Source of the DNA: an uncultured Candidatus Saccharibacteria bacterium
GTDB taxonomy: Bacteria; Patescibacteriota; Minisyncoccia; Phycocordibacterales; UBA9973
Reading direction: 5' to 3'
DNA length: 64,000 nucleotides
Assembly: GCA_964468315.1 (NCBI GenBank)
Contig: CAYXTA010000002.1
Location: 64,319 to 128,318, forward strand
Positions within the stretch are counted from its first letter, which is position 1, and every line of letters starts with the position of its first letter. Below the pieces are notes generated by a model, which was given only the letters and a program-made list of their open reading frames with translations, ran no database searches and was not told where the DNA came from. The translations under genes and the position numbers were made by a program. Shown here one piece after another: positions 51,790-61,070 of the stretch.

Positions 51790-52263
51790 TTAGAGGCGGT
51801 CGAAACCTCCACCGAGCATACCCATTCCTTTCATATTACTGTGTCCATTTTTCATCTTTCCATTTATCTTATCAGCAAACTTTTGCATTGTAGCGATTCT
51901 TGAATCAGCTTGTGCTTGAGTTATTACACCTTTTTCTACGAGAGTTTGTAGTTCGGTTTTCATTTGTGTTTCACGAAGAGTTTTCATTTTAGCTTTCAAT
52001 GCATCTTCAGTGACACCTTTTGATTTTGCTAAATCAACAAAACTAGTACCATTTGCCCAAGCATTTTTTACTTCATCTAAGCTAGCACCTATGAGATCTG
52101 CTTGCTGTTGGAACATATCATTGTGTCGAGCAACGATTTGGTCTGGTGTTAGATTGTTTTTACTAAATGCACCAAAACCACTTGCCGAAGCTGTACCCGC
52201 TCCTACAAGCAAAGTAATTGCTAATGCTGGTAATCCATATCTCAAAAATTTCTTTTTATTCAT
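51790..52263 (-). CDS. Secreted LTXXQ-motif protein (CpxP/Spy-like periplasmic stress protein)
   Basis: Signal peptide, LTPDQ motif, helical and Gly/Met-rich C-terminus. Confidence 0.5.
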   Translation of the reverse strand: MNKKKFLRYGLPALAITLLVGAGTASASGFGAFSKNNLTPDQIVARHNDMFQQQADLIGASLDEVKNAWANGTSFVDLAKSKGVTEDALKAKMKTLRETQMKTELQTLVEKGVITQAQADSRIATMQKFADKINGKMKNGHSNMKGMGMLGGGFDRL

Positions 52264-52341
52264 ATAATTTATTTAAGTAATTATTTATAATGGTGGGGAT
52301 ATCTCCCACACTTATTACTACAATAAATAAATTTAATTATT

Positions 52342-52890
52342 TCAAAAAGGATAGTTCATCATTTTCTGTGGGATCATTTTCACCCTAAACTCAATTCTAT
52401 CTTCTAAGTTTCCACGATAATACCTATGCATTGGTCCAAGTATTATTACATGAGTATTTTCTCCAAAACGTGCAAAACGAAAATTATCATCAAATATATG
52501 AATAACATAACCTATAAAAATAGTTAAAAATATAAGTCCAAAAAAACTATATATAAAAGGCTTTTCATAAACAAAAGCATATTTCTTTATAAGAATATAA
52601 AAAACTATTAAAAAAATAATTGAAAGAAAGACTACGATCCAAGGTAATGAAAACATAAAATCATACAGTCCTCGTGGACCGAGATTAAAAATATCAAAAA
52701 GATACTTCTCATGAATTATCAAACCGATGAAACTTATCAAATAAATTAATACCAAAAACAAAATCAAAGAAATGAGCACTGTAAATGCTGTCTTTAACAT
52801 AAAGTGCCATTTAGGTTTCATTGCCACCTTCCCTGCTTTTATTGCTTCTACTATAGAAGTCTCTATTTTGTTTTCATTATTATTTATCAT
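52342..52890 (-). CDS. Membrane protein, probable anti-sigma factor
   Basis: Overlaps the ECF sigma gene by 11 nt; short cytoplasmic N-terminus then several TM helices. Confidence 0.45.
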   Translation of the reverse strand: MINNNENKIETSIVEAIKAGKVAMKPKWHFMLKTAFTVLISLILFLVLIYLISFIGLIIHEKYLFDIFNLGPRGLYDFMFSLPWIVVFLSIIFLIVFYILIKKYAFVYEKPFIYSFFGLIFLTIFIGYVIHIFDDNFRFARFGENTHVIILGPMHRYYRGNLEDRIEFRVKMIPQKMMNYPF

Positions 52891-53452
52891 ATGTAAATTT
52901 ATTAATTAATAATAATTCTTTTAATTTTTCTTTTCCTCTTTTAATACGCACACCGACAGTCGAAACAGGAATACCTAAAATAGAAGATATTTCTTTATAA
53001 TCCATCTCTTCAAAAAAATAAAGCACTAGAGCTTCTCGAAATTTTGGATCTATAGAAGAAAGATGTTCGTCTAATATTTCTTTTGTAAAATTATTTTCTG
53101 TTTTTTCATCTGATGTTTCTTTTGCTTCTGGGTGTGGTAAAAAAGTATCAAAGTCTAAAGAGAATATTTTATAAGAAAGTTTTTTCTTAAGTGCATTTAT
53201 AAATTCATTGTGAGCAATACGATAAATCCAAGGAGAAAATTTTTGTGCAGTATCAAAGCTTTGCAAATTAACATAAGTTTTAATAAAAACTTCTTGCACA
53301 AGATCATCTGTATGTTCGCTATCAAATAAAAATTTTCTAGCATAACGCCTCATCTTTGCCTCATACCTATGTATGATTTCACCAAAAAGGTCTTTGTCCC
53401 CTTTAATAATAAAGTCTACTATTTCTTCATCTGTTTTTTCATTTTGTGCCAC
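52880..53452 (-). CDS. ECF-family RNA polymerase sigma factor (sigma-70 regions 2 and 4)
   Basis: DLVQEVFIKTY...FSPWIYRIAHNEFINA...ISSILGIPVSTVGVRIKRGKEKL. Confidence 0.85.
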   Translation of the reverse strand: MAQNEKTDEEIVDFIIKGDKDLFGEIIHRYEAKMRRYARKFLFDSEHTDDLVQEVFIKTYVNLQSFDTAQKFSPWIYRIAHNEFINALKKKLSYKIFSLDFDTFLPHPEAKETSDEKTENNFTKEILDEHLSSIDPKFREALVLYFFEEMDYKEISSILGIPVSTVGVRIKRGKEKLKELLLINKFTYDK

Positions 53453-53490
53453 TATGTTTATTACAAACTAAAATAGAATTTATTTCACTG

Positions 53491-53564
53491 TGCGCCCTCA
53501 TGGATTCGAACCATGGACCCCAGAGGTATAAGCTCTGTGCTCTAACCAACTGAGCTAAGGGCGC
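53491..53564 (-). tRNA. tRNA-Ile (anticodon TAT)
   Basis: Reverse complement folds as gcgccct-ta-gctc-agttggtta-gagc-a-cagag-ctTATac-ctctg-gggtc-catgg-ttcgaat-ccatg-agggcgc-a. Confidence 0.8.
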
Positions 53565-53602
53565 AATAACAAAATTCTTTTAAAAGAATTTTGTTTGGTT
53601 AA

Positions 53603-55519
53603 TTACTTTATATCACTTTCCTTCTTCTTTGGCAAAATTCCGTGAGAGATTATAACCTTGTCATACTCTTCTTGCTCCAATGTTTCTACTTCTATCAATT
53701 TCTTTGCAATAGCATCTAAGACTTTCCTGTGTTCAGTAAGTACTTTTTCTGCAGAAGATATACCGTCATTTATAATTCTCAAAACTTCTGCATCGACTTT
53801 CGATGAAACATTTTCTGAATAAGCTTTTTCTTCTCTCATACCAAATTGATTTGATCCACCCTCAGTACCAAGTGCTACAGGTCCAATAACATCAGACATA
53901 CCCCAGCGAGTAACCATAGCTTTCGCTAAGTTTGTCGCAACTTGTAAATCACTAGAAGGACCTGTAGTAATATCTCCAAAAATCATTTTCTCTGCAACAT
54001 ATCCACCAAGAGACATTGCGATATCATCAATAAATTCTTTTTTAGATTGTAAGCGACGATCCTCTAAAGGAAGCTTTAGTGTATAACCACCAGCACTACC
54101 GCGAGAAACAATAGAAACTTTGTGTACTGGATCAGCGTGTGGCAACACAGAAGCAACGAGTGCATGCCCTGCTTCGTGATACGCTGTGATTTCTTTTTCT
54201 TTCTTTGAAAGTAAATGACTTTTTCTCTCAGGGCCAAGCATGACTTTTTCAATTGCACGAATAAGATCGTATTGGAAAACTTTCTTTCTGTTTTCGCGTG
54301 CAGCAAGTATCGCACCTTCATTCATAAGTGAATATAAATCTGCACCAGAAAAACCTGGTGTACGTTCTGCTATAACTTTCAAATTTACATCTTCTGCAAG
54401 AGGTTTTTTTATTGCGTGAATATTTAAAATTTCTTCGCGATCAGCTCTATCTGGAAGATCAAGCATTACTCTTCTGTCGAAACGTCCTGGGCGAAGAAGT
54501 GCTGGGTCTAAAACATCTGGGCGATTTGTCGCAGCCATAACTATAACTTTTTCATTTGGTTCGAAACCATCCATCTCTACGAGAATTTGGTTAAGTGTTT
54601 GTTCACGTTCATCATTACCTCCTCCGTATCCACCTCCACGCACGCGTCCAACAGCATCTATCTCATCTACGAAAATAATTGCAGGTGCTGCTTTTTTAGC
54701 CATTTTGAAAAGGTCACGCACGCGACTTGCTCCAACACCGACGAACATCTCGACGAATTCAGAACCTGACAAATGGAAAAATGGTACACCAGCTTCCCCT
54801 GCTACTGCACGAGCAAGCAATGTCTTTCCTGTTCCTGGCGCACCATTTAGCATTACGCCCTTTGGAATACGAGCACCAATTTCCAAAAACTTTTTTGGAG
54901 CTTTGAGAAAATCTACGATTTCAGAAAGTTCTTGTTTTGCTTCTTTGTTTCCTGCGACATCTTTGAAAGTGACTTTATTGTTTTTATCATTTGGGTCTGT
55001 GATACGAGCTTTTGATTGACCAAAAGAAAATGCTTGCATACCAGCACCTTTGACTGATCGAGACATATACCAAAGGAAAAATACTATTAGAAGTACAGGC
55101 AAAGCAATCGGCAAAATATTTATAAGCCAATAAACAAAACCTGTTTCGTTTTTAATTTCAATTTGTGTTTTTGCCAATGCTTCAGGTTTTACTCCGTAAT
55201 TAAATAAAGTTTGTGAAAGTGATGCTTCTGTTTCTTTTTTTGCATTTTTTACTTCATCGTTTTTGTAGGTAATAACAAGCTTCTCTCCTTGTACTTGTAT
55301 ATTTTTTACATCACCCAATGAAACACTATTTGCTAGATCTGAAATACTTACTTCTTTTACTTCTTTATAATTTCCTGTAAGCACTAAATAAAGTGCAGTT
55401 ATAAGCATAAAAAATAAAATCGCACCTGCAATACTACGAGAAAAACTACCTCCTTTTTCTTTTTTCTTATTATCTTTTTTGTTCATAAAATTTAAATCCA
55501 TAGTTGAAATATAGCACAA
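53603..55519 (-). CDS. ftsH: ATP-dependent zinc metalloprotease FtsH (true start may be M7 or M12 of the ORF)
   Basis: Two N-terminal TM helices, AAA Walker [12 protein letters not shown], zinc motif HEAGHAL. Confidence 0.9.
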   Translation of the reverse strand: MCYISTMDLNFMNKKDNKKKEKGGSFSRSIAGAILFFMLITALYLVLTGNYKEVKEVSISDLANSVSLGDVKNIQVQGEKLVITYKNDEVKNAKKETEASLSQTLFNYGVKPEALAKTQIEIKNETGFVYWLINILPIALPVLLIVFFLWYMSRSVKGAGMQAFSFGQSKARITDPNDKNNKVTFKDVAGNKEAKQELSEIVDFLKAPKKFLEIGARIPKGVMLNGAPGTGKTLLARAVAGEAGVPFFHLSGSEFVEMFVGVGASRVRDLFKMAKKAAPAIIFVDEIDAVGRVRGGGYGGGNDEREQTLNQILVEMDGFEPNEKVIVMAATNRPDVLDPALLRPGRFDRRVMLDLPDRADREEILNIHAIKKPLAEDVNLKVIAERTPGFSGADLYSLMNEGAILAARENRKKVFQYDLIRAIEKVMLGPERKSHLLSKKEKEITAYHEAGHALVASVLPHADPVHKVSIVSRGSAGGYTLKLPLEDRRLQSKKEFIDDIAMSLGGYVAEKMIFGDITTGPSSDLQVATNLAKAMVTRWGMSDVIGPVALGTEGGSNQFGMREEKAYSENVSSKVDAEVLRIINDGISSAEKVLTEHRKVLDAIAKKLIEVETLEQEEYDKVIISHGILPKKKESDIK

Positions 55520-55540
55520 AAAATACTTTTATAAAAATAA

Positions 55541-55576
55541 AAAGCCCCGTCTGTTTTACAGATCGGGGGTTTTTAG
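55541..55576. terminator. Terminator hairpin copy A
   Basis: gccccgtctgttttacagatcggggg flanked by A- and T-runs. Confidence 0.55.
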
Positions 55577-55840
55577 GTTTTCATTTGGCAACTAAAGGCC
55601 ATAGCGAATGAAACCATTGTCCTTAATCCCAAGGACATGTGGGGTTAACCAAGCTTTACCCGGTATTTTAGTGGATTATCTTTCCACTTCCACCACCCCG
55701 GCAACTTTTTGTTGAAAAATCGGCAAAAAATAAATTTTTAAAATTGGCTACATTTGTAGCGGTTGGGCTGTGACCCTGGCTTTTTATTTTCATCGTTTTT
55801 ACGATTTTTGGTTTAACAATATAAATGAACTTTACCCAAA
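55545..55840 (-). ncRNA. Candidate about 290-nt noncoding transcript (or mRNA for a 41-aa peptide) between promoter and terminator A
   Basis: Bounded by a TTGACA-N16-TATACT promoter and terminator A. Internal hairpins (gtcctt-gggatt-aaggac, gtgg-aaagataat-ccac). No ORF of 60 aa or more. Confidence 0.3.
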
Positions 55841-55841
55841 C

Positions 55842-55869
55842 AGTATAGCAGATTAAAAACTTTTGTCAA
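55842..55869 (-). promoter_or_regulatory. Strong sigma70-like promoter (TTGACA-N16-TATACT) on the minus strand
   Basis: Minus strand ccttgacaaaagtttttaatctgctatactg. Confidence 0.45.
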
Positions 55870-55905
55870 GGAATTATTTATGCAACAAATAAATGGTTTT
55901 TTAAA

Positions 55906-55944
55906 AATAAAAAATCCCCGTCTTTTTACAGATCGGGGTTTTAA
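55906..55944. terminator. Terminator hairpin copy B (probable end of the smpB-ssrA transcript)
   Basis: tccccgtctttttacagatcgggg; a near-copy of terminator A. Confidence 0.55.
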
Positions 55945-56158
55945 ATTGCAGAACTCTTTTTTAGGTTCGCATATTAATGGTTGTTGCGGCCACAGTTTTC
56001 GCTTCCTTTTGTGAAATTACGTTGTTACTTGAACAACTTTCATGTTGGCTCTTTGCCAGGCTAAACTTTTTCATGTTTTTTGTTTTTTTAATTAAGTTAA
56101 GAACTATAAACTATAAAAAGAATAGCAAAAAGAAAAACAATGAGCAAGTTTTATTTTG

Positions 56159-56552
56159 TGGAACTGTGGAGAATTGAACTCCAGTGCAGAAGGTATTTGC
56201 AAAGAAATCTACATGTGTAGCGAGCTTTTTTGTTTAAATCAAAAAATTCTTAAGCGAGCGAAATATTTTTTGATCGATTCTCTTTGTTTTGGAAGAAAGT
56301 CGAGAAAGTCTTTTTCCTATCCCGATAATATTATGCCTCAACACATATATCGGAAGTCTATGAGTGAGACACCAGCCGAGCCTATTAGGCGAAAGCTGGA
56401 GCGAAAGCGAAATCTTTCATACCGAAGTATGGAGATGCTTTAGCCTTAGAAGCTAATTTTGCAATTAAGCTATGAACGAAATTTTACGAGTATACGTTCA
56501 TCCTCGACATGCATCAATAGTAAACAGTCTCCTGTCTATGCCTTGCAGTCCC
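56159..56552 (-). ncRNA. ssrA: tmRNA (transfer-messenger RNA)
   Basis: 5' GGGACUG pairs with 3' CAGUUCC-A (G3:U70 Ala identity pair). T-arm GGAG-UUCAAUU-CUCC; GCAUGUCGAGG...CUCGUAAAA blocks as in E. coli tmRNA. Tag frame ...AKLASKAKASPYFGMKDFAFAPAFA ends with a double stop UAA UAG. Lies 2 nt after the smpB stop. Confidence 0.75.
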
Positions 56553-56554
56553 AA

Positions 56555-56998
56555 TTAACTTTTCAAAGTTCTTCTGATCTCACGATCAGTCTCACGTTTT
56601 TTTGTAGTCTCACGTTTGTCGTGTTTCTTTTTTCCTTTTACTAAAGCAATTTCTACTTTAATTTTCCTGTTTTTATTATACACTGAAATAGGCACTATCG
56701 TCAAACTCTTATTTTTTTCATTTCCTGCGAGTTCTGTAATTTCTTTTTTCGTCAAAAGAAGTTTGCGATTTCGAAGCGGATCATAATCTTTTGGTGCATT
56801 TGCTACTTGATATGGAGGAATATTTGAATTAATAATATACGCTTCCCCGCCACGGACTATCACGAAAGCCCCTTCTAAAGACATGCGTCCACCACGGACA
56901 GATTTTACCTCTGTACCAAGAAGTTCTATACCTACTTCAAATTTTTCTAAAATTTCATAATCAAATCTTACTTTTCTGTTTTCTGCATAATGCGACAT
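56555..56998 (-). CDS. smpB: SsrA-binding protein
   Basis: VRFDYEILEKFEVGIELLGTEVKS...KLLLTKKE...KGKKKHDKR closely parallels E. coli SmpB. Confidence 0.9.
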   Translation of the reverse strand: MSHYAENRKVRFDYEILEKFEVGIELLGTEVKSVRGGRMSLEGAFVIVRGGEAYIINSNIPPYQVANAPKDYDPLRNRKLLLTKKEITELAGNEKNKSLTIVPISVYNKNRKIKVEIALVKGKKKHDKRETTKKRETDREIRRTLKS

Positions 56999-57111
56999 AG
57001 ATTTATAGTATCACATTTTTATATAGATTTGAGATACTAATAAAAATTGACTTTATAGAGCGAATAAGCTATATTATAGAAGCTCTGTTTTACTCTCAGA
57101 GTTTATAAAAA

Positions 57112-57618
57112 TTGCGTGAAAGAATAAACAATCAAATACGAGCTAAAGAACTCCGGGTCTTAGACAATGAAAATAAGAACCTTGGAATTTTAACTTTTAA
57201 AGAAGCCTTAGAATTGGCTACACAGAAAGGCTTGGATTTAATTGAAATATCCCCTAATGGAAATCCACCAATTGCAAAAATAGCTGATTTTGGTAAATAC
57301 CAATATGAGCAGAGTAAAAAATTGAAAAAAGCTAAAGCAGGAGCAAAGTCTACAGAAACCAAATCTATCCAAGTAAAGATAGGTACTGGTGACCATGACC
57401 TTGAGCTCAAAGCAAAAACTGCTTCAAAATGGCTAAAAGAAGGACATAGAATCAAAGTTGAACTTTTCTTATCTGGTAGAGCAAAATATATGGATGAGAA
57501 ATTTTTAAAAGAAAGATTAGATAGAGTACTTCACTTAATAACAGAAAATTACAAAATATCAGATTCATATAAAAGAGGACCGAAAGGTTTGATAGTAACA
57601 ATAGAGAAAGATAAATAA
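57112..57618 (+). CDS. infC: Translation initiation factor IF-3 (non-ATG start, TTG in the ORF track)
   Basis: ELRVLDNENKNLGILTFKEALELA...DLIEISPNGNPPIAKIADFGKYQYE. Confidence 0.85.
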   Translation: MRERINNQIRAKELRVLDNENKNLGILTFKEALELATQKGLDLIEISPNGNPPIAKIADFGKYQYEQSKKLKKAKAGAKSTETKSIQVKIGTGDHDLELKAKTASKWLKEGHRIKVELFLSGRAKYMDEKFLKERLDRVLHLITENYKISDSYKRGPKGLIVTIEKDK

Positions 57619-57632
57619 TTTAAAATAAATAA

Positions 57633-57818
57633 ATGAAAACAAATAAATCATATTCAAAAAGATTAAAAGTAACAAAGAACGGAAAAATTATTTCACGTGC
57701 TCCGGGTTTTAACCATTTCAATGCAAAACAATCACGCACAACTCAACTCGCAGGACGCAAAGGAAACACATTTGTTATCAAGAATAAACCAAAAAGTCAT
57801 TTATTGCCTTTCAGTTAA
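57633..57818 (+). CDS. rpmI: 50S ribosomal protein L35
   Basis: 61-aa basic protein MKTNKSYSKRLKVTKNGKI in the infC-rpmI-rplT order. Confidence 0.85.
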   Translation: MKTNKSYSKRLKVTKNGKIISRAPGFNHFNAKQSRTTQLAGRKGNTFVIKNKPKSHLLPFS

Positions 57819-57849
57819 TCCATTTAATTAATAATTTAGATAAAATCAC

Positions 57850-58194
57850 ATGACAAGAGTAAAAAAAGGAGTACATGCATTAAAAAGAAGAAGAAGTGTC
57901 TTAAAACAGACAAAGGGTTTTCGCCAACAACGAAGCACGAAAGAAAGAGCAGCTAAGGATGCTCTCCTTCACGCTGGAGCTTACTCCTTTGCACACCGAA
58001 GAGATAAGAAGTCTCACAACAGGAAGCTATGGAACATCAAGATCAACGCTTCATCCAGAGAGCTCGGCGTGTCTTACTCAAAGCTCATCGGAGAACTCAA
58101 GAAGAAGAATATCGAGATCGACCGCAAGATCCTCTCCGACCTCGCAGAAAACAATCCGAAAGTATTCGAAAGAGTCATCGCTAACGTAAAATAA
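57850..58194 (+). CDS. rplT: 50S ribosomal protein L20
   Basis: MTRVKKGVHALKRRRSVLKQTKGFRQQRS... Confidence 0.9.
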   Translation: MTRVKKGVHALKRRRSVLKQTKGFRQQRSTKERAAKDALLHAGAYSFAHRRDKKSHNRKLWNIKINASSRELGVSYSKLIGELKKKNIEIDRKILSDLAENNPKVFERVIANVK

Positions 58195-58200
58195 AAATTA

Positions 58201-58228
58201 AAAAATCCCCATATGGGGATTTTTTAAT
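58201..58228. terminator. Bidirectional terminator
   Basis: aaaaatccccatatggggatttttt. Confidence 0.6.
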
Positions 58229-58237
58229 ACCACCTAT

Positions 58238-60856
58238 TTAATATTTAAACTTCCTAAAAAGGGTATGTGATTTGTGGACTGCGTACTTTGCACCTTCAAT
58301 AAGGAGAATATTTAAAATAAGCCACAAAAATACAAACGGTAGCCATTCCACAGGCAACGGTGCAATGTCAAAAATTTCTCGGATTGGTCTGACAGTCATG
58401 GTTAAAATGAGTATTGCAATAGAGATCAAAATCGAGACATTGAGCTTCTTGTTTGAAAATGTTTTATACGAAAATATAAATTTATGCAGAGAACGAAAAG
58501 AAAATGAAATAAACAAAATGTAAGAAGAGAAACATACAAAGAATATCGAGCGTACCACATCCTCTTGTATATCGAGCTGATTTAAAAAATAATAGAGACC
58601 GAATAAAAAGAGAGAACTCAATATTCCTATGCCGAAGGTCAATGATTTTACTTCCGGTGTAAAAACTTTTTTCAAATTGTTGCCCTTATACATTTCTTTG
58701 TCTAAATCTTCATCAAACGCAAAAGAGAGAGCCGGCAAGGCTCCGGTAAAAAGATTAACCCAGATGATCTGCAAAGCAGTAATAGGAATAGCTAGTCCTG
58801 CGATCAAGCTCCCTCCGACCACTACAACTTCATCGAAGGAATTGGAAAGGAGGTAGACGAAAGTCTTACGTATATTTCCCAATATCCTGCGCCCTTCATC
58901 GATGGCGAGGCTGATCGTATTAAAATTATCATCAAGTAGTACCAGGTCAGCAGCAGACTTGGCGACATCAGAACCAGTGCCGAGTGATATGCCTATATCC
59001 ATAGCTTTGAGTGCAAGGGCATCATTGACACCATCGCCAGTCATTGCGACTACCTCACCGTGGCGTTGATAGAGAAGTCCGATACGAAGCTTGTCTTCAG
59101 GAGTCGCTCGAGCGAAAATCTTGATTCTCGGTAAAGCAACAAAAAGTTCTTCGTCTGTCATTGCTCGCAACTCTACACCAGAGAGAATCTCGTCGTCTTT
59201 AACAATCCAACCGAGATCACGCGCAACAGCTTTGGCAGTACCGACCAAGTCGCCAGTAATGAGAACAATTTTGACGCCATGCGATTCTATATTTTTTATC
59301 GCCTGAGGGACTTCAGGTCGTATCGGGTCAACGAAAGCCAGAATTCCAAGAAACTCCAGATCTTGTACTTCATCCGGCAAAATATTTTCCTTATGGTGTT
59401 TTTTTGGCAACCGTGCGACGCCGATAATACGCTTGCCTTCACTACTTGTTTTTTCTATCCATTCTTCAAACAAAATATATTCTTCTTTAGATATGTTTGA
59501 GCGTTTGAGCAGGATGTCAGGGGCACCCAAAACGGAGTATGCGCCGTTTTGGGTGCCTACAGAAAACTTATTCGTAGAATTAAAAGAAAGTAAAATAGTA
59601 GAAATATGATTCAAAAATTTATCCAAAGAAATCCCAGAATCACGACAAGCTTTCACGATATTCACTTCGAAAGGCCTTCCATGAAAAATCCATTTGTCTT
59701 CTGGTTCATTCATATTCTCAATCGAAACATCAGTGTTAAGCAATGCTGTTGCAAGGACTTCCCTCTGTTCTTTACTCATATTGTCCATGCTCATTTGAAA
59801 AGAATTCAATATCGAAGTCCGATCATAAATACCAACAAGCTTCATATCAGCCAAGGTAAGTGTTCCTGTCTTGTCAGTCATGACGATCGTCGCAGAGCCC
59901 AATGTCTCAGCGGCAGAAAGTTTTTTAATAACGCCTTTTTTCTTTGCAAGCTGTTCTGCGCCTAGTGCCAAAATAACCGTCAATGCTATCGGCAGAGATT
60001 CTGGGACAGCACCGACTGCGACAGCAGAAGATAACACAAGCATCGGCAAGAACGCCATTCCCTTAGAAACACCGAGTATAAATAAAATAGCTACCAACAA
60101 AAGTACTAAAACAAATATGAGCCACGCGATATGGTCGATCCCTTTTTGTAAAGGAGTTTTTACACGGTCGATCTTTGAGACGATACCAGCGATCTTGCCG
60201 ATCTCAGTGTTGTTACCTATTGCATACACAACCGCAGTGGCATAACCTTCCACTACGAGTGTGCCAGCAAAAGCGATATTTTTCTTCTCAGCCACCAATG
60301 CTGACACTGACAACTCTGTGTCTATTTTTTCAACAGGAAGAGATTCACCAGTCAAAATAGCTTCATCCACGCGGAAATTATTTGAAGTTAAAATCCTCGC
60401 ATCAGCTGAAATACGAGAACCGTATGAGAGCTTTATCACATCTCCTGGCACCAATGCTTCAGAATCGATCTCTTGTTCGACACCACCTCTTACCACTCGC
60501 GCACGGTCTTTAATATATGTTGTCAGTTTATCTAATGTATTTTCTGCATGATACTCGTGATAAAAACCTAAAAACACGTTGAGAAAAGTTGCAAATAAAA
60601 TCACTCCGGTATTCAACCACTCCCCTAAAATAGCAGTCAGAATGCTCGCAATAATCAAAAGAAATATAAGCGGGCTGATGAATTGTTTAAAAAAGAGAGA
60701 GGCCATGCCCTTTTTTTCTTTAGAATAAAAAGTATTCATTCCATAGAGAGCTACCCGCTCTGCTACAGTAGCATCCGAAATACCTAGAGCAGTAGACTCC
60801 AAAGCTCTCAATGCATCTTCTTTATTTAAAGCCCAAGGTTGTATTATTTTATCCAT
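58238..60856 (-). CDS. P-type cation-transporting ATPase (P2/P3-like; start re-set to MDKIIQ)
   Basis: DKTGTLT phosphorylation motif, TGES-like actuator region, MTGDGVNDALALKAMDIGISLG, ten predicted TM helices. The longer ORF reading overlaps tRNA-His. Confidence 0.85.
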   Translation of the reverse strand: MDKIIQPWALNKEDALRALESTALGISDATVAERVALYGMNTFYSKEKKGMASLFFKQFISPLIFLLIIASILTAILGEWLNTGVILFATFLNVFLGFYHEYHAENTLDKLTTYIKDRARVVRGGVEQEIDSEALVPGDVIKLSYGSRISADARILTSNNFRVDEAILTGESLPVEKIDTELSVSALVAEKKNIAFAGTLVVEGYATAVVYAIGNNTEIGKIAGIVSKIDRVKTPLQKGIDHIAWLIFVLVLLLVAILFILGVSKGMAFLPMLVLSSAVAVGAVPESLPIALTVILALGAEQLAKKKGVIKKLSAAETLGSATIVMTDKTGTLTLADMKLVGIYDRTSILNSFQMSMDNMSKEQREVLATALLNTDVSIENMNEPEDKWIFHGRPFEVNIVKACRDSGISLDKFLNHISTILLSFNSTNKFSVGTQNGAYSVLGAPDILLKRSNISKEEYILFEEWIEKTSSEGKRIIGVARLPKKHHKENILPDEVQDLEFLGILAFVDPIRPEVPQAIKNIESHGVKIVLITGDLVGTAKAVARDLGWIVKDDEILSGVELRAMTDEELFVALPRIKIFARATPEDKLRIGLLYQRHGEVVAMTGDGVNDALALKAMDIGISLGTGSDVAKSAADLVLLDDNFNTISLAIDEGRRILGNIRKTFVYLLSNSFDEVVVVGGSLIAGLAIPITALQIIWVNLFTGALPALSFAFDEDLDKEMYKGNNLKKVFTPEVKSLTFGIGILSSLFLFGLYYFLNQLDIQEDVVRSIFFVCFSSYILFISFSFRSLHKFIFSYKTFSNKKLNVSILISIAILILTMTVRPIREIFDIAPLPVEWLPFVFLWLILNILLIEGAKYAVHKSHTLFRKFKY

Positions 60857-60930
60857 TTTGATACGACAAAAATACTTACTCATGTAGTATAGCAATTTTT
60901 TTATATGATAAGTAACTAGTTGGAAACTTG

Positions 60931-61003
60931 GGTGCCCATCGGGAGTTGAACCCGAATTGAGAGTTCCACAAACTCTAGTGTTAACCATTACACCATGGGC
61001 ACC
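60931..61003 (-). tRNA. tRNA-His (anticodon GTG) with encoded G-1
   Basis: Reverse complement G-gtgccca-tg-gtgt-aatggtta-acac-t-agagt-ttGTGga-actct-caat-tcggg-ttcaact-cccga-tgggcac-C; G-1:C73 pair is typical of tRNA-His. Confidence 0.85.
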
Positions 61004-61070
61004 ATACTACTATTTCGAGCGAAACAGCCTTTTATTTATAACAGATTTTGTCTTTCGAGTAAAGTTTTAC

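Noticed and set aside
55545-55840. Possibility that the ftsH-ssrA intergenic transcript is RNase P RNA or SRP RNA
   Set aside because: None of the universally conserved RNase P (GGAAAGUCCGGGCUCC, ACAGAAACCCGGCUUA) or SRP domain-IV (GGAAGGAAGCAGC with AGGUCAGG) blocks are present; left as an unknown candidate.
55977-56644. ORFs 55977..56177, 56156..56443, 56459..56644 (plus strand)
   Set aside because: They overlap the tmRNA gene and its downstream trailer on the opposite strand; no coding signal, and the region is accounted for by ssrA.
60857-60988. N-terminal 44-aa extension of the P-type ATPase ORF
   Set aside because: Overlaps tRNA-His on the same strand; the internal Met (MDKIIQ) gives a normal ATPase N-terminus.
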